A DNA stretch of 64,000 nt from Octopus vulgaris. Lineage: Eukaryota. Under the pieces are notes generated by a model. That model ran no database searches. It was not told the origin of the DNA and saw nothing but the letters and a program-made list of their open reading frames with translations. The stretch lies in the NCBI GenBank assembly GCA_951406725.2, contig OX597822.1, positions 50,158,001-50,222,000 of the forward strand. Reading direction: 5' to 3'. This document shows, one piece after another, positions 40,421-53,842 of this stretch. Positions within the stretch are counted from its first letter, which is position 1. The number at the start of each line of letters is the position of its first letter. The position numbers and the translations under genes are program-made.

Positions 40421-40739
40421 GGAACTGTTCCAGCATTGGGCAAAAGTGACATACTTACAAGTGGACGCAAAGAACCTGAATTTTATCTGAAACCAGTAAC
40501 ATAAGATTAAAGGGGGAACTATACAGGGGAATTTTTGTCCATCCGCCTTTACCTCTTACACCTCACCAATAAGTACCTGTGATTCATTATAGATCTGGAT
40601 CTGAAGTGAGCTCGATGGTTTCGAAACTCTGACCGATAAATCTGGAAACTGTATCTTCCCACTCTCAGTCACTTTTGTTTCTCATGTTTTCATTTAGCTT
40701 TCCGAATGAGATTTGCTACCGCATCTGCGACGACTAGGC

Positions 40740-41010
40740 TATTTCCTTGCGTAGCTCTGCAGATACCAAACGATTTAATGTCTATAAATCCTGCTAAACG
40801 TGCAGTGGTCGTCTACCTTCTTGATTACACTGCAATACCAATGTGACAGATACCTGTTATTATAATACCCATTTTTTCACCAATACTGGGGTAAGTATTC
40901 TAGAGCATGCATTGAGCTAAGAATTTCAAGATGTCATATTCCTGTGTCTTCTGTTCTCTATGGCAAGCAACTCTCGAAGTTTAACCGCCTTGTCAATATT
41001 GAAATTCATA
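40740..41010 (-). mobile_element. Possible PLE reverse-transcriptase core remnant
   Basis: NFNIDKAV..L / ILKFLAQCML*NTY..IG...YY..G...IG resembles PLE RT motifs; heavily decayed. Confidence 0.3.
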
Positions 41011-41554
41011 CGGGCAACTAAGGTCTCTCACTAATTTTGATATGAATAACTATGGCATTGCTGTATGCCAATTCTTCGAGCAATTTATATGAGATACAAT
41101 AACACTTCACGTAGTTATGCCAGACTATTTGCTTTTGCGTAATGTCCAGTTTTACTGTTGAAGTAGCAAAGCAGAGATAAGCTGTCTTGTCATTAATATT
41201 TTTGTTTATAATTTTGCTTCGCGTTGTAAATGTCTGTGGGCGTGTACGACGTCGTCTTTTTGTTGTTACCATTAATAATATAATTCGAATGTGCTTCAGT
41301 GTTAATAATTGCTATAGCAAAATAATTATCTTTCATTTATTACGTTGCCCGTGGTTGGGAATGTAGAACCATTATTTATTATTTATTTATTTTTGTTGCT
41401 TGTAAATTGTATTTATATTATCATTATATTTGTGGGCGTTCTTGTTGTCATAGTAAATACCATTCGGCTATGGGTGTGTCAAACTGAAAAGTAACAACAA
41501 AACTATATTTATTCTTTCACTTCTACGCTTCTTTTGCCCTTTACTCATCATCTT

Positions 41555-41682
41555 AAAAAGAGACCGATAGAATAAGTGTCCGGCTTAAAACATATAAACA
41601 CTGGGGTCGATTTCTTTGACTAAACCCTTCAAGGCGTTGCCCCATTTTAGCTACAATCTGATGAGTGAAACAAATAAAAGAA
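41555..41682 (+). mobile_element. 3' fragment of the SINE family at 22941-23354
   Basis: aaaagagaccgatagaataagt...ctggggtcgatt...gactaaa...aaggcg...tgaaacaa. Confidence 0.75.
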
Positions 41683-44600
41683 ATACAGAGATAATACAAA
41701 AGATCTTATAACATCGTCATACCAGGTGCGAGTGTCTATTCATGTTAGTAATATCACTAATCCTCTTTGTCGGCTAATGCACATTTCCGAAAAGACATAC
41801 AAATATGCTATTTGCTCCATCTATCTCACTCATACATGGATTCAGATATATAAAAGTAGTATGTTGATAGCCCAAAACTAAATTTTCAGCTATGATAAAA
41901 GGAATAATTTTATTTTCGTCGGATGAGGTAGTCAATAAAAGAACGTGAAATATCGAACAATACGTACGGTGAAGTAGAGTGTGTTAGCTTTGTTCGTTGG
42001 AAGTAAACTGTTCCAAAGGAACACAAAAACCTGAAAATAATTTAACAATTAATTTTCTATTCTCTTTTAGACAGCGGTAGTTCCTAATCTGACTTGCAAA
42101 AATTCCTTAGAAAAACTTGAAATTCTAGCTACGCGTTTGATTAATTACTTCAAGAACGACACCTCTCCACGACACGTGAACAAAATGAATTAATTTATGA
42201 TTAATATATCATATTTCTTTTAGCACCACGTTCCCCGAGAGACAAAAATGAATACAAACACACACACAAAAACCCACAAACACCCCCACACACACACACA
42301 CACATATATATATGTTCAAATTCAAATGGTATATTTCATTTATATTTTTGTCCTGTCATTATAGTAATATTTCAGGGCTATTAAAAATATATCGAAGATG
42401 CTGATGTTAATTCTATGAATGGTCTGTCCGATGATTAATTCCTATGTGCGTCATTGGAACTAAAGTTATTAGTTTGCATTTCATACTTGATATAATTACA
42501 GTGATACTTTATATGGAATTCCAAATATAAACGAAACTAGACCTGTGAAGCAGTAAATCATAACTCTTCTTACGGGATATAAATATGGAGACAATTTCTT
42601 GGACATTGCTTCTGAATTTAATCTTAAATATTTGATCAAATAAACAGGTTTCTCTGATGTTTCCCAGCCGAAACTTTCGATTCCGGGTTTAATGTTGATT
42701 ACAGTTCTCAGTTCAGTGTATTTTATTGTCGCCAATCCCAAGAGACGCGTAAGTGTGATTAAAGCTCATTTACATTTGGTACGGAAATGTTAATGTTCGT
42801 TTATAATAACAAATACAATACATTGGATGAATTATATATATTATTGAAGTTATGATAATAAGTGTGTTTGAATTATTAAATATTTATGTAAATCTTACGT
42901 AGGTTTCATTATTAGAAAGTTTTTATTTATATGATGTAAATTAGATAACCACGATTTAGAGTAAAATCATCTTAGACGTCGCTAAACTTTGTTACGTAAC
43001 ATAACTGATGTTACAAGACATATATATATATACATGTCTTTTTTCTCCCCTCATTCTTTGATGTCCCCTGCCTATCTTTCTTTCCTTCTCCCTTCTCCTC
43101 TCCCGTGTCCCCCTTTCCATCTGCTTGTCGATCACACGTGACTACAGGCCATTTCCCTCTGTCTTTTTTGGACGGCTCGTCTAGCCAGTTGGACGTTAAT
43201 TTCTCTCGCCTCTCTATGTCTTTTCTCTTCTAATTTTCCTCTTCTATTTATTCTATATCCTTTCAAAGTTCTCACATGTGTTACCCATTACAATTCATAT
43301 TGGCCTAACAGCCCTTAATGTCTGTCCTCGTCGATTGTTTACTCCGTACGTCCACTCTGGTGTTGTTTGTTCGTTCGAAGACCTAACTCTCCATAAATTT
43401 TATATTTTTAAAATTGCTGGACGCTGTTGTCGTATGAAGTTCTCCTGTCATGTCGTTGAAAGCTCGAAACAGGTAGTAATAAATAGTCGACAACTGAGGA
43501 GGAGTTAGACTTCCTTCATTTTCTGTCATGTACTTATTTCTGTGTATTTACATATTTCACTCGTAGTTAACATCCTGTACTTAATACGTATTTTTTTACT
43601 GTATTCTTCACTCGTTTGTGGTCCTGTTCTTAATGTGTATTTTTAATTATATATATGCAATATATATGTGTATATATATATGTGTGTGTGTGTGTGTATA
43701 CATACACTCGAGCACACACAAACACACACACACATACATGCACTGGAAAATATCTGTCAATGATCATGTCTCTAGATATGTAAGGGTTTTATTTTAATAT
43801 ATTACCAGCACAAAGCCTAAAGATGACTGTAAAGATTTGCATATTACAAGTTTAGCTTCATCTATCATAATATTATATTGGTAATTGATATAGGTTAAGT
43901 AGTATACATACAATTCAAACTGTTCAGATTCTAAATATTAATAGTTTTATAAACAACTTACGAAAATTTAATAAAGTAAAATATTCCGAAGCATGTACAT
44001 GCTCGCACATATACATACAATCATCAACACATTTACAAACACACAGCTATGGTCATGTACATTGTAGAAATGATTGCACTTCAATATTTAAGATAATATA
44101 TCTTTCATTTTCTTTATACCAAACATAACTTTTTATGATGTACAAAGGAAAATTTTGTGTTAAGAGGAAGGAAACGAAAACATATTTTTTTATAAGCTTT
44201 ATCATAGCAGTCTTTGCACTGTTCATAATCGAAGCCAACATATTTCCGATTATCAGGTACAAACGTTGTTCTATTCATACAACGTCTCAGATATTTGATA
44301 TCGGTGATAGTTATTTATCGTATTATACATGTGTTATTGCACTCTACCCATTTCCTTACATTATAATGAAAGGCAAAGAAAAACTATCGAATCTGAATAT
44401 TAATATAAAAGACAGCTTATAACACTGTGTAATATTTTCATATAAGTTAAAGAGAGTAGGAAGTTTTATAAATTTTAAGTACTTTTGAAGCATGAATAAA
44501 CAGATAATTATATAAGACACAGGGTATATTAACGGATAACGTTAAGGACCATGTGGAGAATATTATAAATTATGAAATACTTGTATTGAATCTAGTGTGT

Positions 44601-45012
44601 GCATCTGTCGCTATATCTGCATGGATCAAAAGTGAACATCATAAAGAAGTTCCTTGATTTACTCTTTGGAAGATGCCGCACTCAAAATATATATGAATTG
44701 ATAATAAAAATAATGATACGTTAACAAAGTTATTAACCTTCCCTAATACTTTTAAATGTATACCACTCGGCATACCGATATTCATCACGTTATTAGCATG
44801 AATGTATACATGAATTATTCCTAAACATATGCAGAAACGCCTGCATGCAAAAACAGGCGCGCACACACACATTCACTCACAAACACACATGCACACCAGA
44901 AGCAATAAACGCGCCTGTAACGGTGTTCAAAAATTGACTTTTCATTTGTTAAAGAACATTTTGCGAATACAGGATATACATGTTTAAATATATATATATA
45001 TATATATATATA

Positions 45013-45261
45013 TCACCGTGACCGACCAGGCTATCAGATGTTGCTACACATCGCTGGCCACAATGCGCTTTGCACTGTTTTAGCCTTCAAATGACGCCAC
45101 CCCGCTGGCTAAGCGAGCAGGCCAACAGAATAAAGAGTGAGAGAAAATTGCGGCGAAAGGTGTTTTCGCTCAATAAACACCCAGAACGCCCGGTCTGGGA
45201 ATCGAAACCGCGATCCTACAACCGCGACTCCACTGCCCTAACCACCGGACCACTGCGCCTC
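45013..45261 (-). mobile_element. Third tRNA-derived SINE family
   Basis: Head ggcgcagtggtccggtggttagggcag...ggtttcgattccc (A and B boxes) followed by a non-tRNA body; flanked by TA and CA tracts. Confidence 0.85.
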
Positions 45262-45300
<39 letters not shown>

Positions 45301-45325
45301 GTTGATGCGTATGCGCAAATGTCCA

Positions 45326-46116
45326 TACCTACACATGGGTGCCCGCTCATCAACGTGCACGCGCCTATAAGTATACACTTACCCACCCTCACTCGAAACA
45401 TACACATTCTCACCCACACGATTCGCAAACTATAAATATATATATATATATGTATAAAATCCCACACACATACACGCGCACCAAAAATGTTCATACACGT
45501 GTCTATATACACACAAGCACAAGAAAAAACAGGGCTGAGAGCAACAATGCAGAAAAGGTGGAAAGAAGTATTAAAAAAGGCAATAATAGTAAAACAACTG
45601 GTATATACACACATACACATATGCACGCACGCACACACACACGTCTATATACGCGCATACTCGCATAATTCTATATGCGAGCACACACACGCAGAAAAAA
45701 GTTCCTACACACGTCTATATACGCACACGCGTAAGAAGAAACATGGCTAAAGGCAAAAATACAGGAAAATGTGTAAAAAAAAAACGATTAAACATCATTT
45801 TATTTTGAATGTTTGTTTCTTCCCCAAGCGATAAATAGAAAACAGGTTTGCCGTGTTGCATATCACAATGTATCTCACTTGTATATTATCTCATCCCTCA
45901 TAAGGTTGAACATTCTTAGAATGCGCGAATACAGACGTGCTTGTGTGTATATATACGGGTGTATGAACGTATTTGGTGCGCGTGTATGTGTGTGGGAGTG
46001 TATATATATAGATATATATTGGTGAATTGTGTGAGTGAGAAAGTGTATGTTTCAAGTGGTTGAGTGTGTACTTATAGGCGCATGCACGCGGGTGAGTGGG
46101 TGCGCATGTGTAGGTA
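45326..46116. repeat. Fold-back structure with ~190-bp diverged inverted arms (45326-45520 and 45937-46116)
   Basis: tacctacacatg...cgcctataagta...cccacacacatacacgcgcaccaaa...acacacaagcac is mirrored on the right. Confidence 0.85.
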
Positions 46117-46229
46117 ATGACACGCACGCTGCCTATAGCAACTTTATAAACATGTATGTATCTATCTGTCTGTCCGTCTGTCTTCCTGCTTTTCTTTCCC
46201 TGTATGTCTCTCACTCATTCTTTCTGTTT

Positions 46230-46326
<97 letters not shown>

Positions 46327-46399
46327 CACAAAATTCGACAGAGAATTGCATTACATCTTACTATCAAACAGCCATCGCTTTATAACCACAAATTACTCA

Positions 46400-46945
46400 C
46401 TTTATTATTGAATGAGAGCGCAGTGCATGCTATCAAAGTGACACTGGGTAAAATATACAAAGCCCAATATAGCTATCATGACAATCAGTCTGATAAAGGT
46501 ACACTACAAACATGCATCACAACCATATGTGCGCGACATGGTGATCTCATTTCAAAGTAAACTGCACATGACCTTGCAGGTGGGGCTCAGTTAAAATTTT
46601 CTTCTGGGCGAGTAACTCGTCCCGCTCAAAAGGTCCCTGAATAAGGCTTGTTTAAGGATGTTGACGAAACATCCATGTTTCCATAGGTGAATTACACAAC
46701 CCCACAAAAATCTCTCTCAAAACATGGCTATGATGTTTCCTCACTAATTCTGCTTGTGATCAGAGATACACATATCGTCAGCCACTGAGTGACGTAGTCA
46801 ACTGGTGAAGGTCAAACAACTGACAATCAAATATGTGGTATTGAGCAGAACATTTTCTGTAGGCCATCTCTTATACCAAACAAAATAACGTACATGATAA
46901 CACTTCCAATCAGTTAAGATCAGAAGGCACGAGAGCCACTTACTC
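46400..46945 (-). mobile_element. ~550-bp non-coding retroposon with short (AAT) tail (family of 30762-31125)
   Basis: Reverse-complement homology to 30762-31125; no ORF. Confidence 0.8.
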
Positions 46946-46949
46946 ACTT

Positions 46950-46954
46950 TATTA

Positions 46955-47028
<74 letters not shown>

Positions 47029-48295
47029 TAGTTTTATTTTTATAGCGTGCTTTCACTTCACTACACCGAGCGCAGCTCTGTGTGCCTTTGGTATGTGCTG
47101 TGATTTGTTGTGATGCTCTGATGGTTATTGTATGGAAAGTGTTCTGCGTAGGATGTGTGCAGTGCCTAGTAGTGCAATTTTCTGTATGATATATGTGTTT
47201 GTAAGTCCTGGTGTTTTTGTTATGTATTTGTCTGAATATTATTTTATCATGCCTAATGCACTTATTATGATAGGAATTGTTTTCCCTTTTTTAGATTCCA
47301 CATTCTGGTTACCTCTATTTCCAGGTCTTTGTATTTTGAAAGTTTCTCCATTTCTTTTAGAGACACGTTGTTATCTCCACATATTCTGCAGTTACTTGTT
47401 ATATTTCTTTTCATTACATGTTTTCGGTAATTTCTGGTGAGGAGGCTTTGGTCTTGTGCTGCAATTAAACATCCTTCTGTCTCTGCTTTGAGTCCTGAGC
47501 CTCTCAATTATTGCTGGGATTTTTCTTTGTCTATTTCTTTTGCATTTAGTTTAGTCCAGTATTTGCTATGAAGGGGCTTTTCTTGCCTCGTTTTATCATG
47601 GTTCGTTGCTGTTCTATTTTTAGTTTGGATTTCATTTGTTTTATAGCTTTTATTGTTTCTTCATCTTCTTCTTCTTATTATTTGTTATGTGGTATGATTT
47701 CTTGTTTGTATTTGTCAGCTTCTTTAAATACTGAGAACAGTTTTTTGTTTTGCTCGGGTTTTGCCGCTATTTGTATCAGTTTTCCTTCCTTCTGCAGTAG
47801 ATATTTTTGCAGTCCTATGGTGGTTATTTTATGGTAGTTTTCCAGCTGTATAAGGCCTCTACCACCTTCTATACGTTGTATATATATAGCCTTTCTATGT
47901 CAGGTTTTGGGTGATGCATCCTAGTTCCTGTCATTATTTTTCTTGTTTTCCTATCTATTTTGGTCATGTCATTTCGTGTCCAGTTAAGGACATTGTAGCT
48001 GTAACTTATAACTGGGACAGCTAAAGTGTTGATACCTAATATCTTGTTTTTAGCATTGAGCTCTGTGTTTAGTATTGATCTAACTCGTCTATAATATTCT
48101 TTTTTTATTTTCTTTTTCATTTGTGTGTGTTGTGTCTTATCTAGTTCATGGATTCCTAGGTATTTGTAAGTTTGGCTTTGGTCTAATTCTTTTATTTCAT
48201 TGGTTTTATCTAGTGTGATGTTGCTACTCTTAACTAGTTTTCCTCTTTTCAGGGTTACTTTGGCGCATTTTTCTAATCCAAATTTCATATCTATT
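46950..48295 (-). mobile_element. 5'-truncated R4/Dong-clade non-LTR retrotransposon (RT C-terminus, zinc knuckle/RLE with internal deletion) with (TAA)n tail
   Basis: ORF 47869-48288 MKFGLEKC...YKYLG...INTLAVPVISYS...W...IDRKTRK...HPK.DIERLY; then GGRGL; GLKAETEG.LIAAQDQ...CRICG; KEMEKLSKYKDL; QKIALLGTAHILR; (TAA)n at 46950-47025. Confidence 0.9.
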
Positions 48296-49205
48296 TCATA
48301 TTCGCCGCTCTGCGTTGTTCTCGAATTATTTCGAATGTAATCTTAGTGATATTCCAAGCATGGAACTTTCCATGACACTTTACGTCTTAGCCTATCGATG
48401 TTCTATTCTCTTCAAGGTAGATTACGTCTCACTTCCATATGGGAGAGCAAGAAGCATGGTTCTGTCGAAGAGTCTGGCATGTATGACATTGTCTAGCTTT
48501 GTTTGAAGCAGATTCCTTATTGAGTTAAATGGCTTCCATCCTGCCCTTATCGTCTTTTAGATTTCCGCATCCACATGTCGTTGGATATTTATTGTGTACT
48601 TGCATATAAACGCAAATAAATGCGCGTCTGCATGTAAGTTTCTGTTGTGTGTATCAATATATTCCGTTACACATTTTACACTGAATGTTTTCATATGTAT
48701 TCACATTCGTAGACATTCAGTAAATGTAATCCCTTTCCTTCTCTGTTTCAACACTTCTCACCTCTACTCTGTCTTGTGATACATCTTCCAACAGCATATA
48801 TTTTGTATTTATGGAGTTCATTTAAATACTTACTGCTAGTATCTGGGTCTTCAGCTCTATCAACATGGTCTGCGATTAGTTTGTAGTTTCCGCGAATAGT
48901 ACGTCATCTGCGAACCAAAGATGTGTTAGCTACTCGCTAATGATGTTCACGTCAACAGTCCGGTCCTTGATGACAATTTCTAGAAATGTTGTAAAGAGCT
49001 TTGGAGAGATGGTATCACCTTGCATGATACCCTTCTCAATTGGGACCCTTACTAGTGGTGATAGTAGAGCTATATCTGTTGTTCTCGCAGAGTTCGCATC
49101 TCTGAGTAGATTGATGTAATGCGCCTCAACATATTGCATTTCAAGAAGTATCAACACTGCGTTTATCTCGACGATATCGAAGGCCTTTTCGTAATGAATA
49201 AATAT
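48296..49205 (-). mobile_element. RTE-clade LINE reverse-transcriptase remnant, interrupted at about 48595-48715
   Basis: YEKAFD, KGIMQGDTISPKLF, HLWFADDVL, MNSINTKYM, then AEI..IRAGW.PF...YGSET...MESSMLG. Confidence 0.85.
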
Positions 49206-49794
49206 ATATGTTCATTATTTTCGTAACGAACAAATAAATATGCATATAAGAACAAATAAATGTATGCATGCATGTTTATGTGTGCGAATCAGCATATTCC
49301 GTTATACATTTTATACTGAATAGTGTGTTGATAAACAAGTCTGTACTCATACATACATATTTCACTCGCAGCCACAGACTTAATAATAAAATTTGTGTAT
49401 TCAATTGTTATACAGAGGGGTATGTTTTTGTACAGTTTTTGACAGAACTAGCTTTCTGAACGAGAATACATATAAAATTATTGACGGTGCTTGAACATAT
49501 TGTTGTAATTGAAGTAGTCTTCGAAACGCATGTTTGTATTTAATATATTTTATATCGAATGTATATGATATGTGTTTCCATTATTGATTTGTCAGACTGT
49601 AGCAACAAAAATACATATTTAATTCAATGGACCATTTGTTTGATATGTCTTTAGATTTCAAACTGCATAGCAAGCGTAATATTAGCGAACGGTTATATTC
49701 ATTTCTCTACGAGTTTGTATGCTTTTGCATTTTTGTGTAAAACTACATTAAAACATAGATACATGCGTACACGTACACACACACAGACAGACAG

Positions 49795-49828
<34 letters not shown>

Positions 49829-49837
49829 GTGCATATA

Positions 49838-50330
49838 GTTGAAGTGTATTCACTTAAGAATGTATTAGAATACAAAATAGAGATCGTTCCCCCTTAGAAT
49901 TACCAGATGGCCGGTGGTATTATGGTATACTACCAATTCTAGGCTTAGGCATTCCTCGTGTGTGAAAAATAAAAGCGAAAGAATAAATAGAGTCAAAAGA
50001 AAGAGGGAGTACGATTCGACAGTTGTTTAATGACAATTACACATGTCCCGATACAACATAGATCCACATATATACAGGATTTACATTTAAATTAAGTTAC
50101 AGCTTACCTGTGTAATAGGACCTAGTTGTATCTCCTCAGGTGATATATAATCACTATCTTCGTAAGTAAATGTTTGATTTCTATAAAATTAAAAGAGTGC
50201 ATACTTCTTCCATGCTAATTGCGCAGGAAAAAAGAGTAAAGAGTCATCCGATGGACGACTTTCTAGCTGCTTAGCCCTTAAATAGAGAACATGCACCTGA
50301 TTTCCTTCGCAAACTGGAAACATAAACTAT
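49838..50330 (-). mobile_element. Non-coding repeat with long-stem-II hammerhead-like motif (50035-50145)
   Basis: Minus strand: atcac-CTGAGGA-gatacaactaggtcc...ggatctatgttgtatc-GGGA-catgtg-TA; extended stem II pairing. Confidence 0.55.
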
Positions 50331-52089
50331 TAACACATTCGAAAATTAAGTGATAACCGTGAATGATAGCTTTGTTAGGGCATTTGTGTCTTAGGCGTTC
50401 GTCAGTAATTAAACAACTGGGTTTTTTTTTCAGCTTAATGCAGCATGAATCAGCTACACTGAATTAAATTTAAATAATATACTACATTTAACCGTTAGAA
50501 AAGTGAAGTGAATCAAATAGATAGTTGGTATATCCTCCCTGGAAAGATGGCTAAGGGTCCTTTTCATCATCTATTAACCTTTTTTCATGGGAGATGTACG
50601 TGATTTCCTTTCGCACACCGTCTGCGTTGTGAAATTACTGATGCAACATCTAAAACACGAATGTGCAAATTAAGATACGAGCTACTATCGTAGTTTTATT
50701 TCTGATCACACGCGAGTTCAAATTTTACTATTGTTAGAACGCGTCATTGTTAGGTTAGGCGTTATCTATGTCTACTAAGTCTATTTCTGTCAGCTACAAT
50801 TAAGAAATAAATGGAATAAAAAGTAACGATGCATTATATTATTGGGCAAATTTTAATTATCTGTATAATAAACAGAAATTGAGGCGCTATGTAAGCATAG
50901 TTTTATACTTGAAATAGTTTCAATAAGACGGATATAGTTAATCTATTGACAGTTTTACAGCTGTAATTATTTTCCCTATATGAGCTCTTTACATCACAAT
51001 ATGTTTACAAATCTTTACATAAAAATCAGAGCAAGCAACAGTGTTTATATTTTTAGATTTTATTTTCAATGAGAGTATTATTTTTTTTTTAAATTTCACT
51101 TTCATAATTGAACAAACTTCAACAAAATTTTAGCATTACGTCTGAATTTTCGAATTTTCGCAAGTGTTTTCATATGAATACTGTTGCTATGCTTATTTCT
51201 CTATGTTCCGCAGTAGACGGCAATTGATTACAATTTATCCAAGCAGATTTTACTACAGATGTATCAAACATACAAGATAACTACTTCACAACAATGAATT
51301 TATTCGTTCCATTAAGTTATATATATTGATGTGATGATTAAGGTAATGACAGCACGGTAATACGGAAAGAATTAAGATATCTTACTTGAATGATGTTACT
51401 ATGTCTCCATGAAAATGGTATTATTTATTGAAACCATGCTATTTATATATAGAATATCCGTCCAGGAGCCATCAAATATATAATGCTGGTGGTGATAATC
51501 ATTAAATATATCAAACTATTCCGAAAAGTTTGTAAATTTTGATGATGTTCTGACAAACGTTTGATATATTTCTTCGAAGCTGTAGTCACATGTAGGTCAC
51601 TGTCACATTTATAAACGTCTACAATACATCACAACACATTTTGCTGTTCTTAGTTTTGAGCATGGGTGTCACACTGAATTTTCTTGAAACCAGTCTATTT
51701 GCATATGGAATGTGTGGACAGCCTACAAAGATATGTAGCTTTGATATTTAGATATCAAAAGAAATTTTAGTTCACTTTCATTAGATTCAATTATTTGCTG
51801 TTAACTTTATCCAATATGTGAGTTAATGTTCTCACCAGACATAACAGCAAAATAAAATGGGAACTGGCCTCGATAAGGTGTTGTCAAATATAAAAGTAAT
51901 GCCAGACAAGGACCTTGATACTTTCGATTCTCCTATTTCAGACAGTGGTATTTATACTGTATGTATGCACGTATTTATGTGTGTATGTACGTATGTATGT
52001 ATGTCATTGATCATTTTTTTTCAAGATTTCATGCCAATAGAGAAAGAGCCGGTTTCTAACCTAAATTCAAGGTTCATGCATTGTTATTT

Positions 52090-53230
52090 AGATGTGTTAC
52101 TTATCCCAGGGTCACAATAATTTAAAGTATAAACTTGAACTTGTAATCTGAATAGAGTAACTGTAGATTTCTCTATAGTTCAGCGTACGTTTTCTCTTTT
52201 GCACTGATCTTCAGCTTTATATTAACATCCGCTGGGCAGCTAATTTCCACAACTGTACACAGGTGTGTTGTGCTTACATTTTACTGAGGACTTCACTGGG
52301 ACATTCCACCAGTACTCCTTTCTATTATGACTGGCTATGGTTTCTACCATACTGTGCGTTGTTAATTCTTTGTCGTCGAGGTTATCCTTCCGACAGATTT
52401 CATTATAGAGTGTCCAAGATACAACATCATGTTTCATAGGCAGATAATACCTGATGACATTTTCAGACTACTGTTTATGATGTGAGTGATATCTTCGAGG
52501 TTCACTCCACAAAGTCTGCATTGATTGTCACATTTTACTAGTTTTCCTACATAACTATGCCTTTCGTGCATCAGGTATTTGGTTGATATTTCCTGTTCCT
52601 GGATTGCAAACGCATACACTTCAATAGACTGCTTTGATGATCAATGTTACTATCATCTCGTAGCTTTCTACTAACATATCCACTCATATATTCTGCTCAT
52701 ATTCATTCATATTTTCTGCTCATATAGGATCATCCTTTCATCTAATGATACTTTGCGGTACAGTCGTGCAAATTTTTGGGCATGTATTCTATGTTATCAG
52801 GCAAAGAAAGCACTGCCTTCCAAATTTTATGATGTCATCAGCCTTATGTATGCAATCTTGGTCAAGAGAAGCACTTCAACACCTGTTGGTTAAAAGACGT
52901 TGCCGAAGGAATATGATGCGACATTCAAAGGCATTTCGGATCGATCTTAAGCTTCTGCCGACTTGTTTTCATTTTAGGTAGAGGCATTCTACGTCATTGT
53001 TTATGTGGAAATTGTGTATGCTTGCTAGAATTTTTCAGGTTTTCACATCAATGGCTCGCGTCTCTTCATGCGTCTAATCAAGCAGCCGAAATGTTGGTAT
53101 GAGTACTGGTACTGCCAAAATATTGTGGGCCACTGTTTTATTGAATGCAGAGAGTTCTGAGGCCTAAATTTTCTTTATTCAGCTGTTATGTTAATTTGTT
53201 AAAGGTGACGTTGTAAGATATGTTTTTATC
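52090..53230 (-). mobile_element. Older R4/Dong-like LINE remnant with CCHC knuckle and RLE domain
   Basis: SELSAFNKTVAHNILAVPVL...IDVKT*KIL...FHINND; FAIQEQEISTKYL...CRLCG..LEDITHI; HDVV; VEISCPADVNI. Confidence 0.75.
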
Positions 53231-53414
53231 CACTCCTAGATACCTGTAACATTCCTCGTCAGATATGCAGAAATGTTGCTGATCTGGTTTATAGTTTTCC
53301 CCTTTTCACAACAATTCAACGGCATATATCCGGAGCAAACACCAACACTATATCCTTTGAGAATGGTCGAGGATATTTTCCATATCATGCATATGCTTTC
53401 CATAAAGTTATATA

Positions 53415-53565
53415 TGTGTATGTATGTATGTATGTATGTATGTATGTATGTATGTATGCATGTATGCATGTATGTATGTATGTATGTATGTATGTATGTA
53501 TGTATGTATGTATGTATGTATGTATGTATGCATGTATCTATCTATCTATCTATCTATCTATCTAG

Positions 53566-53606
<41 letters not shown>

Positions 53607-53635
53607 CATCTATCTATCTATCTATATATATATAT
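53415..53635. repeat. (TATG)n(TATC)n microsatellite
   Basis: Direct reading. Confidence 0.95.
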
Positions 53636-53649
53636 ATTTTTTTTTCTTC

Positions 53650-53842
53650 AAAATGTGACCTCGTGTGTACCGTTGACGATTTTTTTCCCTCTGTCTTCCC
53701 TTCTCTGGATCTTTCCTTCTCCTATGTTTCCGACGATGAGCTCCGCTCGAAACGTTTCTTTATTTCCTGAGCGTCCAATAATACTATATTTGTTCCACGT
53801 CCTCGCGTTGTTGTGTTTTTTTGTGCTTTCTTGTTTGGATTA

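Noticed and set aside
41658-41672. CTGATGA-gt-GAAAC hammerhead-like string
   Set aside because: No stem II possible; it is a mutated SINE tail (atgactgaaac)
45190-45261. tRNA-like sequences (also SINE heads at 23.3, 29.8, 32.2, 38.1 and 62.2 kb)
   Set aside because: No complete cloverleaf; they continue into SINE bodies
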